From contig CBDAOY010000008.1 in assembly GCA_965198225.1 (NCBI GenBank), positions 224,001-288,000 on the forward strand: DNA of 64,000 nucleotides. Direction: 5' to 3'. Made by a program: the position numbers and the translations under genes. The stretch comes from Terriglobia bacterium. GTDB lineage: Bacteria; Acidobacteriota; Terriglobia; 20CM-2-55-15. A model generated the notes under the pieces. The model was not told the origin of the DNA. It saw only the letters and a program-made list of their open reading frames with translations, and made no database searches. Positions within the stretch are counted from its first letter, which is position 1. Each line of letters starts with the position of its first letter. This document shows positions 38,806 to 48,748 of the stretch, in pieces.

Positions 38806-41202
38806 ATGAAGTCGGTTTCCGTTTGGGTTGGAGTGCTTGGCGTGCTGGTTGTGTCCGCCGGAAGTGCCTGGGGGCAAACCCCGAGCACAATGCCGGTTTC
38901 ATCGCAGCAGGCGCTGGTCAACGACTACTGCTCGGGTTGCCACAACGACGCGATTCGTGAAGGTGGGTTTTCATGGGCCACGATCGACCTGGCCGATCCC
39001 GCCCGGAACGCGGAACAAGCCGAAAAGGTGATTCGCAAATTGCGGGCAGGCATGATGCCGCCGGCGGGCGCAACACGACCGGCGGTCGCTGACGCGAAGG
39101 CGCTTGCACTGTCGATTGAAACCGCGATCGATCGATCCGCTTCGGAGTACCCGTTTGCCGGCGCTCCCGAACTCCATCGGCTCAATCGAACAGAATACCG
39201 TAACTCGGTGCGCGAGTTGCTCGACTTGGATGTGGATGTTTCTTCGATGCTTCCGACCGACCAGATGAGCGGCGGCTTCGACAACATCTCCGACGTGCTC
39301 GCTGTGACTCCGGCGCTGGTGCAGGGATACGTCCGGGCGGCAGGCAAGATCAGCCGGCTGGCGATCGGTGACCCTGAAGTGGCCCCGACCATGTCGATGT
39401 ACACCGTGCCGAAGGTCGTCAACCAGCTGCGGCACGTCATGGGCACGCCGCTGGGAACGCGGGGCGGAACCTCCGTAGTCTACAACTTCCCCGCCGACGG
39501 CGATTACACGTTCAAGGTAGCCTTCTACCACGACTTCATCACCGAGCTGTTTGGCGCCAATCTGCCCGAGAACCTCCAGGGCCAGGAACTGGAGATCTCC
39601 CTAGACGGGGCCAGGGTGGCCATCTTCGAACTCGATCCAGAACTCTCCGAACCCGAAGGCACGTTGACGACAGAGTCGGTCCGGATCACGGCGGGCGCGC
39701 ATCGCGTTGCGGCCGCATTCATCTCGAAGTTCGACGGGCCGACCGAGGATGAGTTCCGCCAGGTGGAGCAGTCGATGATTGACGTCACCGGCGCGGTGCC
39801 CGGCCTAGTCGCCCTGCCACACCTGCACACACTGACTATTGCCGGCCCGTTCGTCGTGACAGGAATGTCGGAGACGGCATCCCGTCAGAAGATATTCCGG
39901 TGCAGGCCCGCGTCGGCCGACGCGGAACTGGACTGCGCGAAGAACATCCTGGGGACTCTGGCACGGCAGGCATACCGCCGGCCGATCTCGAACACCGACG
40001 TGGACTACCTGATCAACCACTACGGGGCCGGACGTGAAGAGGGAGACTTCGAGGCCGGGATCCAGATGGGCGTGCAGGCGATCCTCGGGCATCCGGAGTT
40101 TGTCTTCCGATTCGAGAAGACGCCGTCAAACGTCGGGCCAGGGACGAACTACCAGATCAGCGACCTGGAGCTGGCGTCCCGCATGGCGTATTTCCTCTGG
40201 AGCAGCCTGCCCGACGAGGAATTGCTGTCGCTGGCATCGGAGGGAAGGCTCGCCGAGCCCGGGGTGGTGGAACAGCAGGTCCGCCGCATGCTGGTGGATC
40301 CGCGCTCGGCTGCGCTGTCGGACAATTTCGCGTTCCAGTGGTTGCGCCTCCAGACGGTAAAGGAGGCCCAGCCCGAGGCGCTCGTGTTCCCGGAATTCAC
40401 GAGGAACCTCGGCGAGTCGATGACCGAAGAAACGAAGCTGCTCTTCGATAGCATCATGCGCGAAGACCGCAGCGTGATCGACCTGCTGACGGCGGACTAC
40501 ACGTTCGTCGACGAGGTGCTCGCGAAACACTACGGCATCCCGAACGTGCTGGGAAGCCGGTTCAGGCGCGTTGGGGTGACCGACCAGAACCGTTTCGGTC
40601 TGCTTGGACACGGAAGCGTCCTGACGTTGACGTCGCTGGCGAACAGAACGTCTCCCGTCCAGCGGGGCAAGTACGTCATGGAGGTCCTGATCGGATCGCC
40701 CCCGCCTGCGCCGCCCCCGGTCGTTCCCCCCTTGAAGGAGGCGGTGGATAACGAGGTCGTCCTCTCTGTCAGAGAGCGGATGATCCGGCACCGGGAAAAC
40801 CCCGCCTGCTCGGCATGTCACCAGATGATGGATCCGATCGGTCTGACTCTGGAGAACTTCGACGCGATCGGCCGGTGGCGTGCGAACGACAGCGGGTCTC
40901 GCATCGACCCGTCGGCCGAGATGTACGACGGGACGCCGCTCGACGGACCCGCCAGCCTGCGCGAGGCAGTCCTCGCTCGCTCCGAAGCGTTCATCGGAAC
41001 CTTTACGGAGCATCTTCTTTCATATGGTCTGGGCCGCGTGCTCAGTTATCGGGACATGCCCACGGTCCGGTCGATCGCCCGCGAGGCCGCGCAGAACGAC
41101 AAACGTTTTTCGTCGTTCATCCTCGGCGTCGTGAAGAGCGTGCCGTTCCGCTTGAGGCTCGCCGACGAAGAATACACGGCAGATCAGTTGAGAAACCGGT
41201 AA
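38806..41202 (+). CDS. PSD/DUF1592-family di-heme protein (cassette 4)
   Basis: CSGCH..GMMPP; CSACH; collinear, most divergent copy. Confidence 0.9.
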   Translation: MKSVSVWVGVLGVLVVSAGSAWGQTPSTMPVSSQQALVNDYCSGCHNDAIREGGFSWATIDLADPARNAEQAEKVIRKLRAGMMPPAGATRPAVADAKALALSIETAIDRSASEYPFAGAPELHRLNRTEYRNSVRELLDLDVDVSSMLPTDQMSGGFDNISDVLAVTPALVQGYVRAAGKISRLAIGDPEVAPTMSMYTVPKVVNQLRHVMGTPLGTRGGTSVVYNFPADGDYTFKVAFYHDFITELFGANLPENLQGQELEISLDGARVAIFELDPELSEPEGTLTTESVRITAGAHRVAAAFISKFDGPTEDEFRQVEQSMIDVTGAVPGLVALPHLHTLTIAGPFVVTGMSETASRQKIFRCRPASADAELDCAKNILGTLARQAYRRPISNTDVDYLINHYGAGREEGDFEAGIQMGVQAILGHPEFVFRFEKTPSNVGPGTNYQISDLELASRMAYFLWSSLPDEELLSLASEGRLAEPGVVEQQVRRMLVDPRSAALSDNFAFQWLRLQTVKEAQPEALVFPEFTRNLGESMTEETKLLFDSIMREDRSVIDLLTADYTFVDEVLAKHYGIPNVLGSRFRRVGVTDQNRFGLLGHGSVLTLTSLANRTSPVQRGKYVMEVLIGSPPPAPPPVVPPLKEAVDNEVVLSVRERMIRHRENPACSACHQMMDPIGLTLENFDAIGRWRANDSGSRIDPSAEMYDGTPLDGPASLREAVLARSEAFIGTFTEHLLSYGLGRVLSYRDMPTVRSIAREAAQNDKRFSSFILGVVKSVPFRLRLADEEYTADQLRNR

Positions 41203-41217
41203 GGAGAGGAAACATCC

Positions 41218-42588
41218 ATGTTCATCACGAAGAAACACCTATCCCGACGCACCTTCCTGACGGGTGTGGGCGCGACCGTTGCGCTGCCGTTTCTCGAGTC
41301 GATGGTGCCTGCGCAGACGCCACAACGTCTGACCGCAGCCAACCCTCGAACTCGCCTGGCGTGCCTGGAAATGGTACACGGCAGCGCCGGCAGTACGCAG
41401 TACGGGATCGAGCACAACTACTGGATGCCGCCGACCGAAGGCGCCGATTTCGAGTTCGGATACATCCTGGAGCCGCTCGAGAGCTTCCGGGACTACATCA
41501 CGCTGGTCACCCAGACCGACCAGCGCCCGGCCGAAGCGTGGACGGCGGAGGAAGAAGGGGCCGACCACTTCCGTTCCAGCGCCGTGTTCCTGACGGCCGC
41601 TCACCCGAAGCAGACCGAGGGGTCCGATGTCCGGGCAGGGACGTCGATCGATCAGATCTATGCGAACCGGTTCGGTCAGGACACGCCGCTCCCCTCGATT
41701 CAGCTGTGCATCGAGAACGTGGATGCGACGGGTAACTGCGGGTACCACTACAGCTGTGTTTACATGAACTCGATCAGCTGGTCGTCGCCCGAGACCCCGC
41801 TGCCGATGACCATCGACCCGCGAATGGCGTTCGAAGATCTGTTCGGCGCCGGCGGCTCACCCGAGGCGCGGGCGGCCCGGCGACGCGCCAACCAGAGCAT
41901 CCTCGATGGCGTTACGCTCGAAGTGGCGCGGCTCCGGAAAGATCTGGGGCGGCGCGATCAGAACAGGCTGAACGACTACCTGGAGAGCGTCCGCGAGATC
42001 GAGCGGCGCATCGAAAAGATCGAGCAATACAACGCCAGCGGTGCGGAGCGGGAGCTGCCGTCGGCGCCGATCGGCGTGCCCGATTCCTGGGAAGAGCACG
42101 TCAAGATCATGTTCGACTTGCAGGTCCTCGCGTTCTCTGCGGAAGTGACGCGCGTTTCGTCGCACAAGCTCAGCCGGGACGTGAGCAATCGCGTGTTCGA
42201 AGCGAGCGGGAACAAGACGCCGTTCCATTCGGCATCGCACCATGGGTCGACGCCGAAGGGGATCGAGGATTACACGAAGATCAACCGCTACCACATCGAC
42301 CTGTTCGGGTATTTCCTCGACAAGCTCCGGAACACTCCAGATGGAGACGGGAACCTCCTGGATCATTCCATGGTCCTGTACGGCAGCCCGATGGGCGATT
42401 CCAACGTGCACGCGCACAAGCGAGTGCCGATGTTGCTGGTCGGCCATGCCAATGGTCAGCTCAAAGGGAATTGGCATGTCCGCGCACCGGATGAGACCCC
42501 GACCGCCAACGTGCTGCTCGCCTTGCTGCACAAGCTGGGGATCGAACAGGACATCATCGGCGACAGTACGGGAGTCTTGTCGATATAG
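41218..42588 (+). CDS. DUF1552 (HXXSHH) protein (cassette 4)
   Basis: SRRTFL, CGYHYSCVY, FHSASHHG. Confidence 0.9.
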   Translation: MFITKKHLSRRTFLTGVGATVALPFLESMVPAQTPQRLTAANPRTRLACLEMVHGSAGSTQYGIEHNYWMPPTEGADFEFGYILEPLESFRDYITLVTQTDQRPAEAWTAEEEGADHFRSSAVFLTAAHPKQTEGSDVRAGTSIDQIYANRFGQDTPLPSIQLCIENVDATGNCGYHYSCVYMNSISWSSPETPLPMTIDPRMAFEDLFGAGGSPEARAARRRANQSILDGVTLEVARLRKDLGRRDQNRLNDYLESVREIERRIEKIEQYNASGAERELPSAPIGVPDSWEEHVKIMFDLQVLAFSAEVTRVSSHKLSRDVSNRVFEASGNKTPFHSASHHGSTPKGIEDYTKINRYHIDLFGYFLDKLRNTPDGDGNLLDHSMVLYGSPMGDSNVHAHKRVPMLLVGHANGQLKGNWHVRAPDETPTANVLLALLHKLGIEQDIIGDSTGVLSI

Positions 42589-42639
42589 AACCGACCGTTG
42601 AAACAGGTTTAAGAGAAGCGTTAGTTAAAGGAAGAGACA

Positions 42640-44205
42640 ATGAAAACACTCGGACTAAGCTTACTTGCTCTACTCGTCGCGACCACGGCGATCGTTGCCG
42701 CGGCCAACGAGACCGAACTCGTCGAAGCCGCGATGCGCGGGGACACGGCTGAGGTACGCTCGTTGCTGGACGCCGGGGCCGACGTCAATGCGGTTTACGG
42801 TGACGGCAGCACGGCACTGCATTGGGCTGCCGGCAACGGTGATCTGGAACTGAGCCGCCTGCTGCTCGATGCTGGCGCCAGGGTCGATGCCGTCACACGG
42901 ATCGGATCGATGACCCCGCTGTTCATGGCGGCCAGGAGCGGGGAGGCTGGCGTGATCGAGACACTGCTGGAGGCAGGTGCGAGCGCGGACGAGGCCAACG
43001 ACAACGGGACGACGGTCTTGATGAGTGCGGCGGCTTCCGGAAACGTCGAAGCGGTTCGGGCGCTCATCGAAGCCGGTGCGGATGTCAATGCCACCGAGGA
43101 GACCAACGGTCAGACTGCGTTGATGTTTGCGGCCACCCTCAACCGTGCGGAAGCGATCCAGGCTCTGATCTCCAACGGCGCGGACACGGGCGTAATGACG
43201 AAGGTTTCCAAGCTACCGAACCGTGGCCGAGGCGGGCGGCGGTCCGGTCCGGCCGTCGTCGGCGGGATGACGGCATTGCACTTCGCGTGCCGGGACGGAC
43301 AGATGGATGCCGTCCGCGAACTCGTGGCCGGCGGAGCCGACATCAACGCAGTCACGGAGTCGAAACAGACCCCTCCGATCACGGAAGCCATCCTCAATGC
43401 CAATCTCGACATCGCCAAGTTCCTGCTCGGCAACGGCGCCGATGTGAACATTCCGAACGGCGACGGTCTGCTGCCGCTTTTTGCCACCTTGGACATCCAG
43501 TGGAGGCAAAACACCTGGTATCCGCAGCCGAACGTGTCGGAAGAGAGGACCAGTTATCTGGATCTCATGGAGGAAATCCTGGCCCATGGTGCCGACGTGA
43601 ATGCCCGGTTGGGAAAGAGGCTGTGGTACCGGACTTTTCGCTACAGCGGGGGCTGGATCGATCCGGCCGGCTCAACTGCCCTCTGGCGTGCAGCAGAGGC
43701 GAACGATGTGGACGCGATGCGTCTGCTCGCCTCCCACGGCGCCAATCCGACGATTCCGACTGCCCAGGGCACGACTCCCCTGATGGTCGCAGCAGGTTAC
43801 GGCTTCACGTGGCAGGCGACCAACATCAAGCCGGATTCGCGAATCGACGCCCTCAGGCACCTGGTTGAAGAGCTCGGCGCCGACGTCAATGGTAAGGACC
43901 TGCAGGATTACACGGCCTTGCACGGAGCTGCCTACGTGGGCGACGACGACGCCATCATGTACCTGGTGGCCAGAGGCGCCGACGTCGGCGCGCGGGCGAG
44001 TGCCCGCCTCGGGTCCCGGGCCCCGACCCCTGTCGAGCCTGGTACCGGAGACACGGTAACCGACTTTGCGAACGGTCCCCACGAGAAGTCCCTGTTGTTC
44101 CCGGACACGGTCCGGCTGCTGGAGTATCTCGGCTCGGAAAACTCCCACGACTGCCGGTCGACGGGGTGCGTGAACAACACGAAGGAGGATCGGCCACGTC
44201 GTTAG
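42640..44205 (+). CDS. Secreted ankyrin-repeat protein (cassette 4)
   Basis: Signal peptide, ankyrin repeats, VTDFANGP tail. Confidence 0.92.
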   Translation: MKTLGLSLLALLVATTAIVAAANETELVEAAMRGDTAEVRSLLDAGADVNAVYGDGSTALHWAAGNGDLELSRLLLDAGARVDAVTRIGSMTPLFMAARSGEAGVIETLLEAGASADEANDNGTTVLMSAAASGNVEAVRALIEAGADVNATEETNGQTALMFAATLNRAEAIQALISNGADTGVMTKVSKLPNRGRGGRRSGPAVVGGMTALHFACRDGQMDAVRELVAGGADINAVTESKQTPPITEAILNANLDIAKFLLGNGADVNIPNGDGLLPLFATLDIQWRQNTWYPQPNVSEERTSYLDLMEEILAHGADVNARLGKRLWYRTFRYSGGWIDPAGSTALWRAAEANDVDAMRLLASHGANPTIPTAQGTTPLMVAAGYGFTWQATNIKPDSRIDALRHLVEELGADVNGKDLQDYTALHGAAYVGDDDAIMYLVARGADVGARASARLGSRAPTPVEPGTGDTVTDFANGPHEKSLLFPDTVRLLEYLGSENSHDCRSTGCVNNTKEDRPRR

Positions 44206-44225
44206 GAACGGCATGAGATGAGCGG

Positions 44226-44255
44226 AAAGGGCCCGGGAACATTCCCGGGCTTTTT
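44226..44255 (+). terminator. Intrinsic terminator of cassette 4
   Basis: GCCCGGGAA-CA-TTCCCGGGC-TTTTT. Confidence 0.65.
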
Positions 44256-44272
44256 CATGGGGGAATCCAGGA

Positions 44273-45217
44273 ATGGAACAATCAGAGAATCCATGCCCGG
44301 CTGCCGAACCCGGAAGCATGAACCGCCGCCAGCTCCTCCAGGCCCTGTCTGTCCTGGCTGCTGCCGCCGCACTGCCCTTCAGGGCCGAGGCGGCGCCGGC
44401 CTTCAAACCGATCTGGCTGAACCAGTACACCTACGTTGCGCCCGACATGGCCGCCACGGCCGACTGGTACGTCGAGGTCTTCGGGATGCAGCGGGGCATG
44501 GCCACGGCGCGGGAGACTCACCTGTGGTTTGGCGACGTTCAGGGCGACACGCTGATGATCGTGCGGCAGGCGCAGGCAGGCGACACGGCGCCGGCCCTCA
44601 CGAGGTTCGGTTTCACGATCAACTACTGGGACCGGGATTTCGTGCGAGCCGAACTCGAGCGGCGCGGTCTCGATCCACAGCCCGACACCGACAAGGGATT
44701 CTGGTTCCGGGATTTGGAAGGCAACGAGATCGGTGTCTTCGCGCCGGACTGGATGGAGAGAACCGACGCGTCGACGTCGCGGCCCTCCGTGTTGCAGGCG
44801 CTCAGCGCGAACCACATTGTCGTCGTCAGCTCAGACTATAAGAAGCTTGCCGACTGGTACCATGACCTGATCGCGCTCAACCAGACGACCGACTCCGGAA
44901 GAGACGTCGTCCAATGGTTCGGAGATACGGCCTGGCTTCCGACACAGGTGCGCGAGGGCGCGCAGACTTCCGCGGCTCTCGGTACATTCGACCACTGCGC
45001 TCTGACGGTTGCCGACTACGATACGCGAACGGTCGTGCCGGAGATGAAACGCCATGGGATTATCTCGCCGGATCGAGAGATAGAGGACGACGACACGGGC
45101 ATATATGGTGTCGACCTGAATGACTTCAAGATTCAGGTCTGTGCCTGGAACGAGGCGCCCAACCAGGACCGTCGGCGATTGCAACGGTCCCGGCAGCGAG
45201 GCCGTCCCGTTAGATAA
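44273..45217 (+). CDS. Tat-exported VOC/glyoxalase-fold protein
   Basis: NRRQLLQ signal; two VOC-like halves (WYVEVFGM..FWFRDLEGNEI; NHIV..FDHCAL..DLNDFKIQV). Confidence 0.75.
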   Translation: MEQSENPCPAAEPGSMNRRQLLQALSVLAAAAALPFRAEAAPAFKPIWLNQYTYVAPDMAATADWYVEVFGMQRGMATARETHLWFGDVQGDTLMIVRQAQAGDTAPALTRFGFTINYWDRDFVRAELERRGLDPQPDTDKGFWFRDLEGNEIGVFAPDWMERTDASTSRPSVLQALSANHIVVVSSDYKKLADWYHDLIALNQTTDSGRDVVQWFGDTAWLPTQVREGAQTSAALGTFDHCALTVADYDTRTVVPEMKRHGIISPDREIEDDDTGIYGVDLNDFKIQVCAWNEAPNQDRRRLQRSRQRGRPVR

Positions 45218-45234
45218 CGAAAGGAGAGGCAGAA

Positions 45235-46146
45235 ATGGATAGAGTCGGAAAGCTTTTTCGGGAACTGGATGGGAAGAGAATCAGCCGGCGGCAGCTCCTG
45301 CAGGGGATGGCAGCGGCGGCGACCGCTGCGGCCCTGCCTGTGCGGTCCGAGGCTGCGGCGTTCAAGGGGACCTGGGTCAACCAGTACACCTACGTCGCGC
45401 CCGATCTCAACAAGACCGTGGACTGGTACGTCGAGGTGTTCGGGATGCAGAGGGGCCACACCGACGCGAAGCGGGTTCACCTCTGGTATGGCGACACCGG
45501 AGGGGACACGCTGATGATCGTCCGGCAGGCCGAAGCCGGCGAGAAAGCTCCTCGTATCGATAAGTTCGGGTTTACGATCGCCGACTGGGATCGTACGGCC
45601 GTCGAGGCGGAGTTGCGACGTCTCGGGCGACGGCCCCAATCCGACACGGAGAAAGGGTTCTGGTTCGACGACCTGGACGGGAACGAGATCGGGCTGTTTG
45701 CCGCGGACTACGTCGAAAGACCGTCGGCATCTTCGGCGGCCCCGATGCTGTGGAAGGCGGTAAGCGCCAACCACATCGTCATCCTGACCGAAGATTACGA
45801 GGCGATGGCCGTCTGGTACAAGGACCTCCTCGACCTCAGACAGACGCGTAATTCGGGCCGGGATACCTATCTTTGGCTGAGCGATTCCGTCTGGATTCCG
45901 ACCATGGTGCGCGAGGATGGCATGACCTCTGCGGCCCTGGGAACGCTCGATCACGTTGCCTATTCGATCGAGACGTTTGAAAAGGAGTCCGTGGAAGCCG
46001 AACTGCAGCGCCGCAACCTGCAACCCGTACTCGACGCCGAGTACAGTTTCAACTGTGTCGACATCAACGGCTTCAAGACCCAGGTGTGCGACAAGGAACT
46101 CGTGGTCTTCGCCGAGCAGCGACCGCCTCGGGGCGGTGAGCTGTAA
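45235..46146 (+). CDS. Tat-exported VOC/glyoxalase-fold protein, tandem paralog
   Basis: SRRQLLQ signal; long blocks identical to the upstream gene (NQYTYVAPD, GDTLMIVRQA, SANHIV). Confidence 0.75.
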   Translation: MDRVGKLFRELDGKRISRRQLLQGMAAAATAAALPVRSEAAAFKGTWVNQYTYVAPDLNKTVDWYVEVFGMQRGHTDAKRVHLWYGDTGGDTLMIVRQAEAGEKAPRIDKFGFTIADWDRTAVEAELRRLGRRPQSDTEKGFWFDDLDGNEIGLFAADYVERPSASSAAPMLWKAVSANHIVILTEDYEAMAVWYKDLLDLRQTRNSGRDTYLWLSDSVWIPTMVREDGMTSAALGTLDHVAYSIETFEKESVEAELQRRNLQPVLDAEYSFNCVDINGFKTQVCDKELVVFAEQRPPRGGEL

Positions 46147-46170
46147 CCTCTTAGTGTCGAAATCTGCAAG

Positions 46171-46572
46171 CTAAAGGTCGATCAGCATCTTCAGATCCCG
46201 CAGGAACTGCTGTTTGTCCTTCGGGGAAATCAAGATGTAGTCGCTCGCGCCGTAGTCGATACGCAGCCGGTCCGTCGACAGGGCCGGGGCAGACGTCATC
46301 TCCCTGCTTTCCTTGACTGAACGGACGAGTTTGAGCGGGATCTTCCAACGGAAAAGGCCGAACCGAACGTAGAGGGTGTCCGGCGTCAGGCGGTAAGAGG
46401 TCGCTAAAAAAAACCACAGCGGAACGACGAAACCGGCCAACGCGACAATCAGGGCCGGAGCCGGCCAGCCTTCCTCCAGGAGCCGAAGCACGACCCGCAC
46501 GCCGATGAACGCCGAAGCGCCCACGGCGAGGAACACCCACCAGTCCATCTTCGATCTGTACGTCCTATCCAT
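46171..46572 (-). CDS. Membrane protein with bacterial PH domain
   Basis: YRSKMDWW, two TM segments, SAPALSTDRLRIDYG, ILISPKDK. Confidence 0.7.
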   Translation of the reverse strand: MDRTYRSKMDWWVFLAVGASAFIGVRVVLRLLEEGWPAPALIVALAGFVVPLWFFLATSYRLTPDTLYVRFGLFRWKIPLKLVRSVKESREMTSAPALSTDRLRIDYGASDYILISPKDKQQFLRDLKMLIDL

Positions 46573-47429
46573 GCCCTGCGCTGTCCTTCGAGGAAGGTCT
46601 CAATATCAAGGACGTAACAGCAGCAGGAAAACTTTCGAGGAATCGGAAGCCCGGCGATTTTTTATTCGTTCCTCAGAACCTGGATCGGGTCCACCTTCAG
46701 AGCCTTCCGTGTCGGAAGGTACCCGGACACCATCGAGATTGCCGCCAGCAAGCCGGTGAAGGCGAGGAACGGACCTGTTTCCAATCCGACGGTCCCAAAC
46801 AGCGCGCTTTCCATCAAGCGACCGAGTGCGAACGCCAGCGCAATGCCTAGAGCAAGCCCTACGGCCGTCAACCGCCTCGCACGGGCCAGCATCAGTCCCA
46901 GGATGTTGCCCGAAGAGGCCCCCAGGGCTGTGCGGATTCCGATCTCATGGACCCGCTGATTCACCAAGTATGTCATCAGTCCGTAGATACCCATCGATGA
47001 GATCAGCAGGGCCAGGGCCCCGAGAACGCTCATGATCGACCCGGCGTACTGAAGGCCGATCGTCGTGTCCTGGATCGCACGTTTCATCGTCCGGACTTCG
47101 TAGATCGGCTGTGACGGGTCGACGCGGAGGATGGCTTCGCGCACGGGCTGGGCGTGCAAGGTGGTATCGTCCGCCGTCCGCAATCCGATGGCGATATCCA
47201 GCCGCGGTGCCTGCGCATAAGGGAGGTAGGCGAGGCGATCAGCAGGACCAGGCCCGCTCCGAACTGCATAACCCCGAGGAATGCCGGCGCTCCGGGATCG
47301 ACCAGCCCTTCGGAGAGCGATCGGACTCCTACGTCCCACCCCCTGTTGTCGTCGGGATACTGCTCCTGTAACCGCTCCCCGATGACCCGCATCTCGGAAG
47401 CCGCGTCCTCGAGTTGAGGTATCTGGCAC

Positions 47430-48748
47430 CAGTAGTGTCCGACAGATTTAGGACCTCCCGGTCCTAAAGTTAGAACTGACGCGATGTAGCGCGCTTGTCA
47501 AGGTGTTAACGATTTGATTTCTGTGCGGCCTTCGCGGCAGCCTTTCCAGAGGTTTCTGGGAGGCACCGATGCACGCTGGCAAGCTGGTCTTCGCACAAGT
47601 CATGGAGTTCGCGCCGTGGTATACGTTCCGTCGTCTGGTGACCAAGTACCGCGGCAATTTCAACGTCCGCACATTCAGTTGCCTGGACCAGTTCCTATGC
47701 ATGGCCTTCGCTCAGCTGACCTATCGGGAGAGCCTGCGCGACATTCAAGCCTGCTTGCGAGCCCAACCCGCCAAGCTCTACCACCTGGGGTTGCACGGGA
47801 AGGTCAGCCGCAGTGCATTGGCCGATGCCAACGAGTCTCGCGACTGGCGCATCTACGGAGAGTTCGCTCAGGCGCTGATCCGCATCGCACGCCGCTTGTA
47901 TGCCCACGAGCCGCTCGGGATCGACCTGGACGAAACCGTCTACGCGCTCGACTCCACGATGATCAGTCTGTGCTTGTCGCTGTTCCCTTGGGCGCACTTT
48001 CGAAAGACCGAAGCCGCGGTGAAGCTTCATACGCTGCTCGACCTGCGTGGCGGTATCCCCAGCTTCATCCACATCTCCGAAGGCAGGCTGCACGACGTCA
48101 ACGTTCTCGACCTGCTCATCGCCGAAGCCGGTGCTTTCTACGTGATGGACCGCGGCTATCTCGACTTCGATCGCCTCTACACCTTCAATCAAGCCGGGAG
48201 CTTCTTCGTCACCCGTGCTCGATCCGACTTCGCGTTCAAGCGCATCTACTCCCAACCCGTCGACCGACACACGGGCCTCATCTGCGATCAGACTATCGAA
48301 CTGACCGTATTTCGCTCCCGCCGCGGCTACCCCGAACGGTTGCGTCGCATTCGTTATCGCGATCCCGAGGGTCGGCGACTGGTTTTCTTGACCAATCACA
48401 TGACGCTCCCAGCCCGGACCATCTGCGAGTTGTATCGCCTGCGCTGGCAGGTGGAGCTGTTCTTCAAATGGATCAAACAGCACCTGCGCATCAAGCGTTT
48501 CTTCGGCACTTCCGAGAACGCCGTCAAAACTCAGGTCTGGGTCGCCGTGAGCGTTTACGTGCTGGTGGCTATCGTGCGTAAAGAACTGAATTTGCCTTTG
48601 TCGTTGCACTCAATGTTACAGATCTTGAGTGTCACACCATTTGAGAATGTGCCTCTTTTTCAGCTGCTTACCGAATCCGGGCTCATCTCAAATCGACACT
48701 CTAACGCTAACCAATTGAATCTATTCTGAAACGTGTCGGACACTACTG
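47430..48748 (+). mobile_element. IS4-family insertion sequence, 1319 bp
   Basis: Perfect 15-bp TIR CAGTAGTGTCCGACA/TGTCGGACACTACTG; 9-bp target duplication ATCTGGCAC (47421-47429, 48749-48757). Confidence 0.95.
47569..48729 (+). CDS. IS4-family DDE transposase (DUF4372-type N-terminus)
   Basis: ALDST, VMDRGY, YRLRWQVELFFKWIKQ (YREK signature). Confidence 0.95.
   Translation: MHAGKLVFAQVMEFAPWYTFRRLVTKYRGNFNVRTFSCLDQFLCMAFAQLTYRESLRDIQACLRAQPAKLYHLGLHGKVSRSALADANESRDWRIYGEFAQALIRIARRLYAHEPLGIDLDETVYALDSTMISLCLSLFPWAHFRKTEAAVKLHTLLDLRGGIPSFIHISEGRLHDVNVLDLLIAEAGAFYVMDRGYLDFDRLYTFNQAGSFFVTRARSDFAFKRIYSQPVDRHTGLICDQTIELTVFRSRRGYPERLRRIRYRDPEGRRLVFLTNHMTLPARTICELYRLRWQVELFFKWIKQHLRIKRFFGTSENAVKTQVWVAVSVYVLVAIVRKELNLPLSLHSMLQILSVTPFENVPLFQLLTESGLISNRHSNANQLNLF

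Noticed and set aside
7661-44205. Assembly duplication or diversity-generating retroelement explaining the four cassettes
   Set aside because: Copies differ throughout at DNA and protein level; no reverse transcriptase or adenine-specific template/variable pair seen
47514-48609. Additional long ORFs within the IS (47514-48581 +, 47695-48609 -)
   Set aside because: Shadow frames of the transposase with no recognisable motifs
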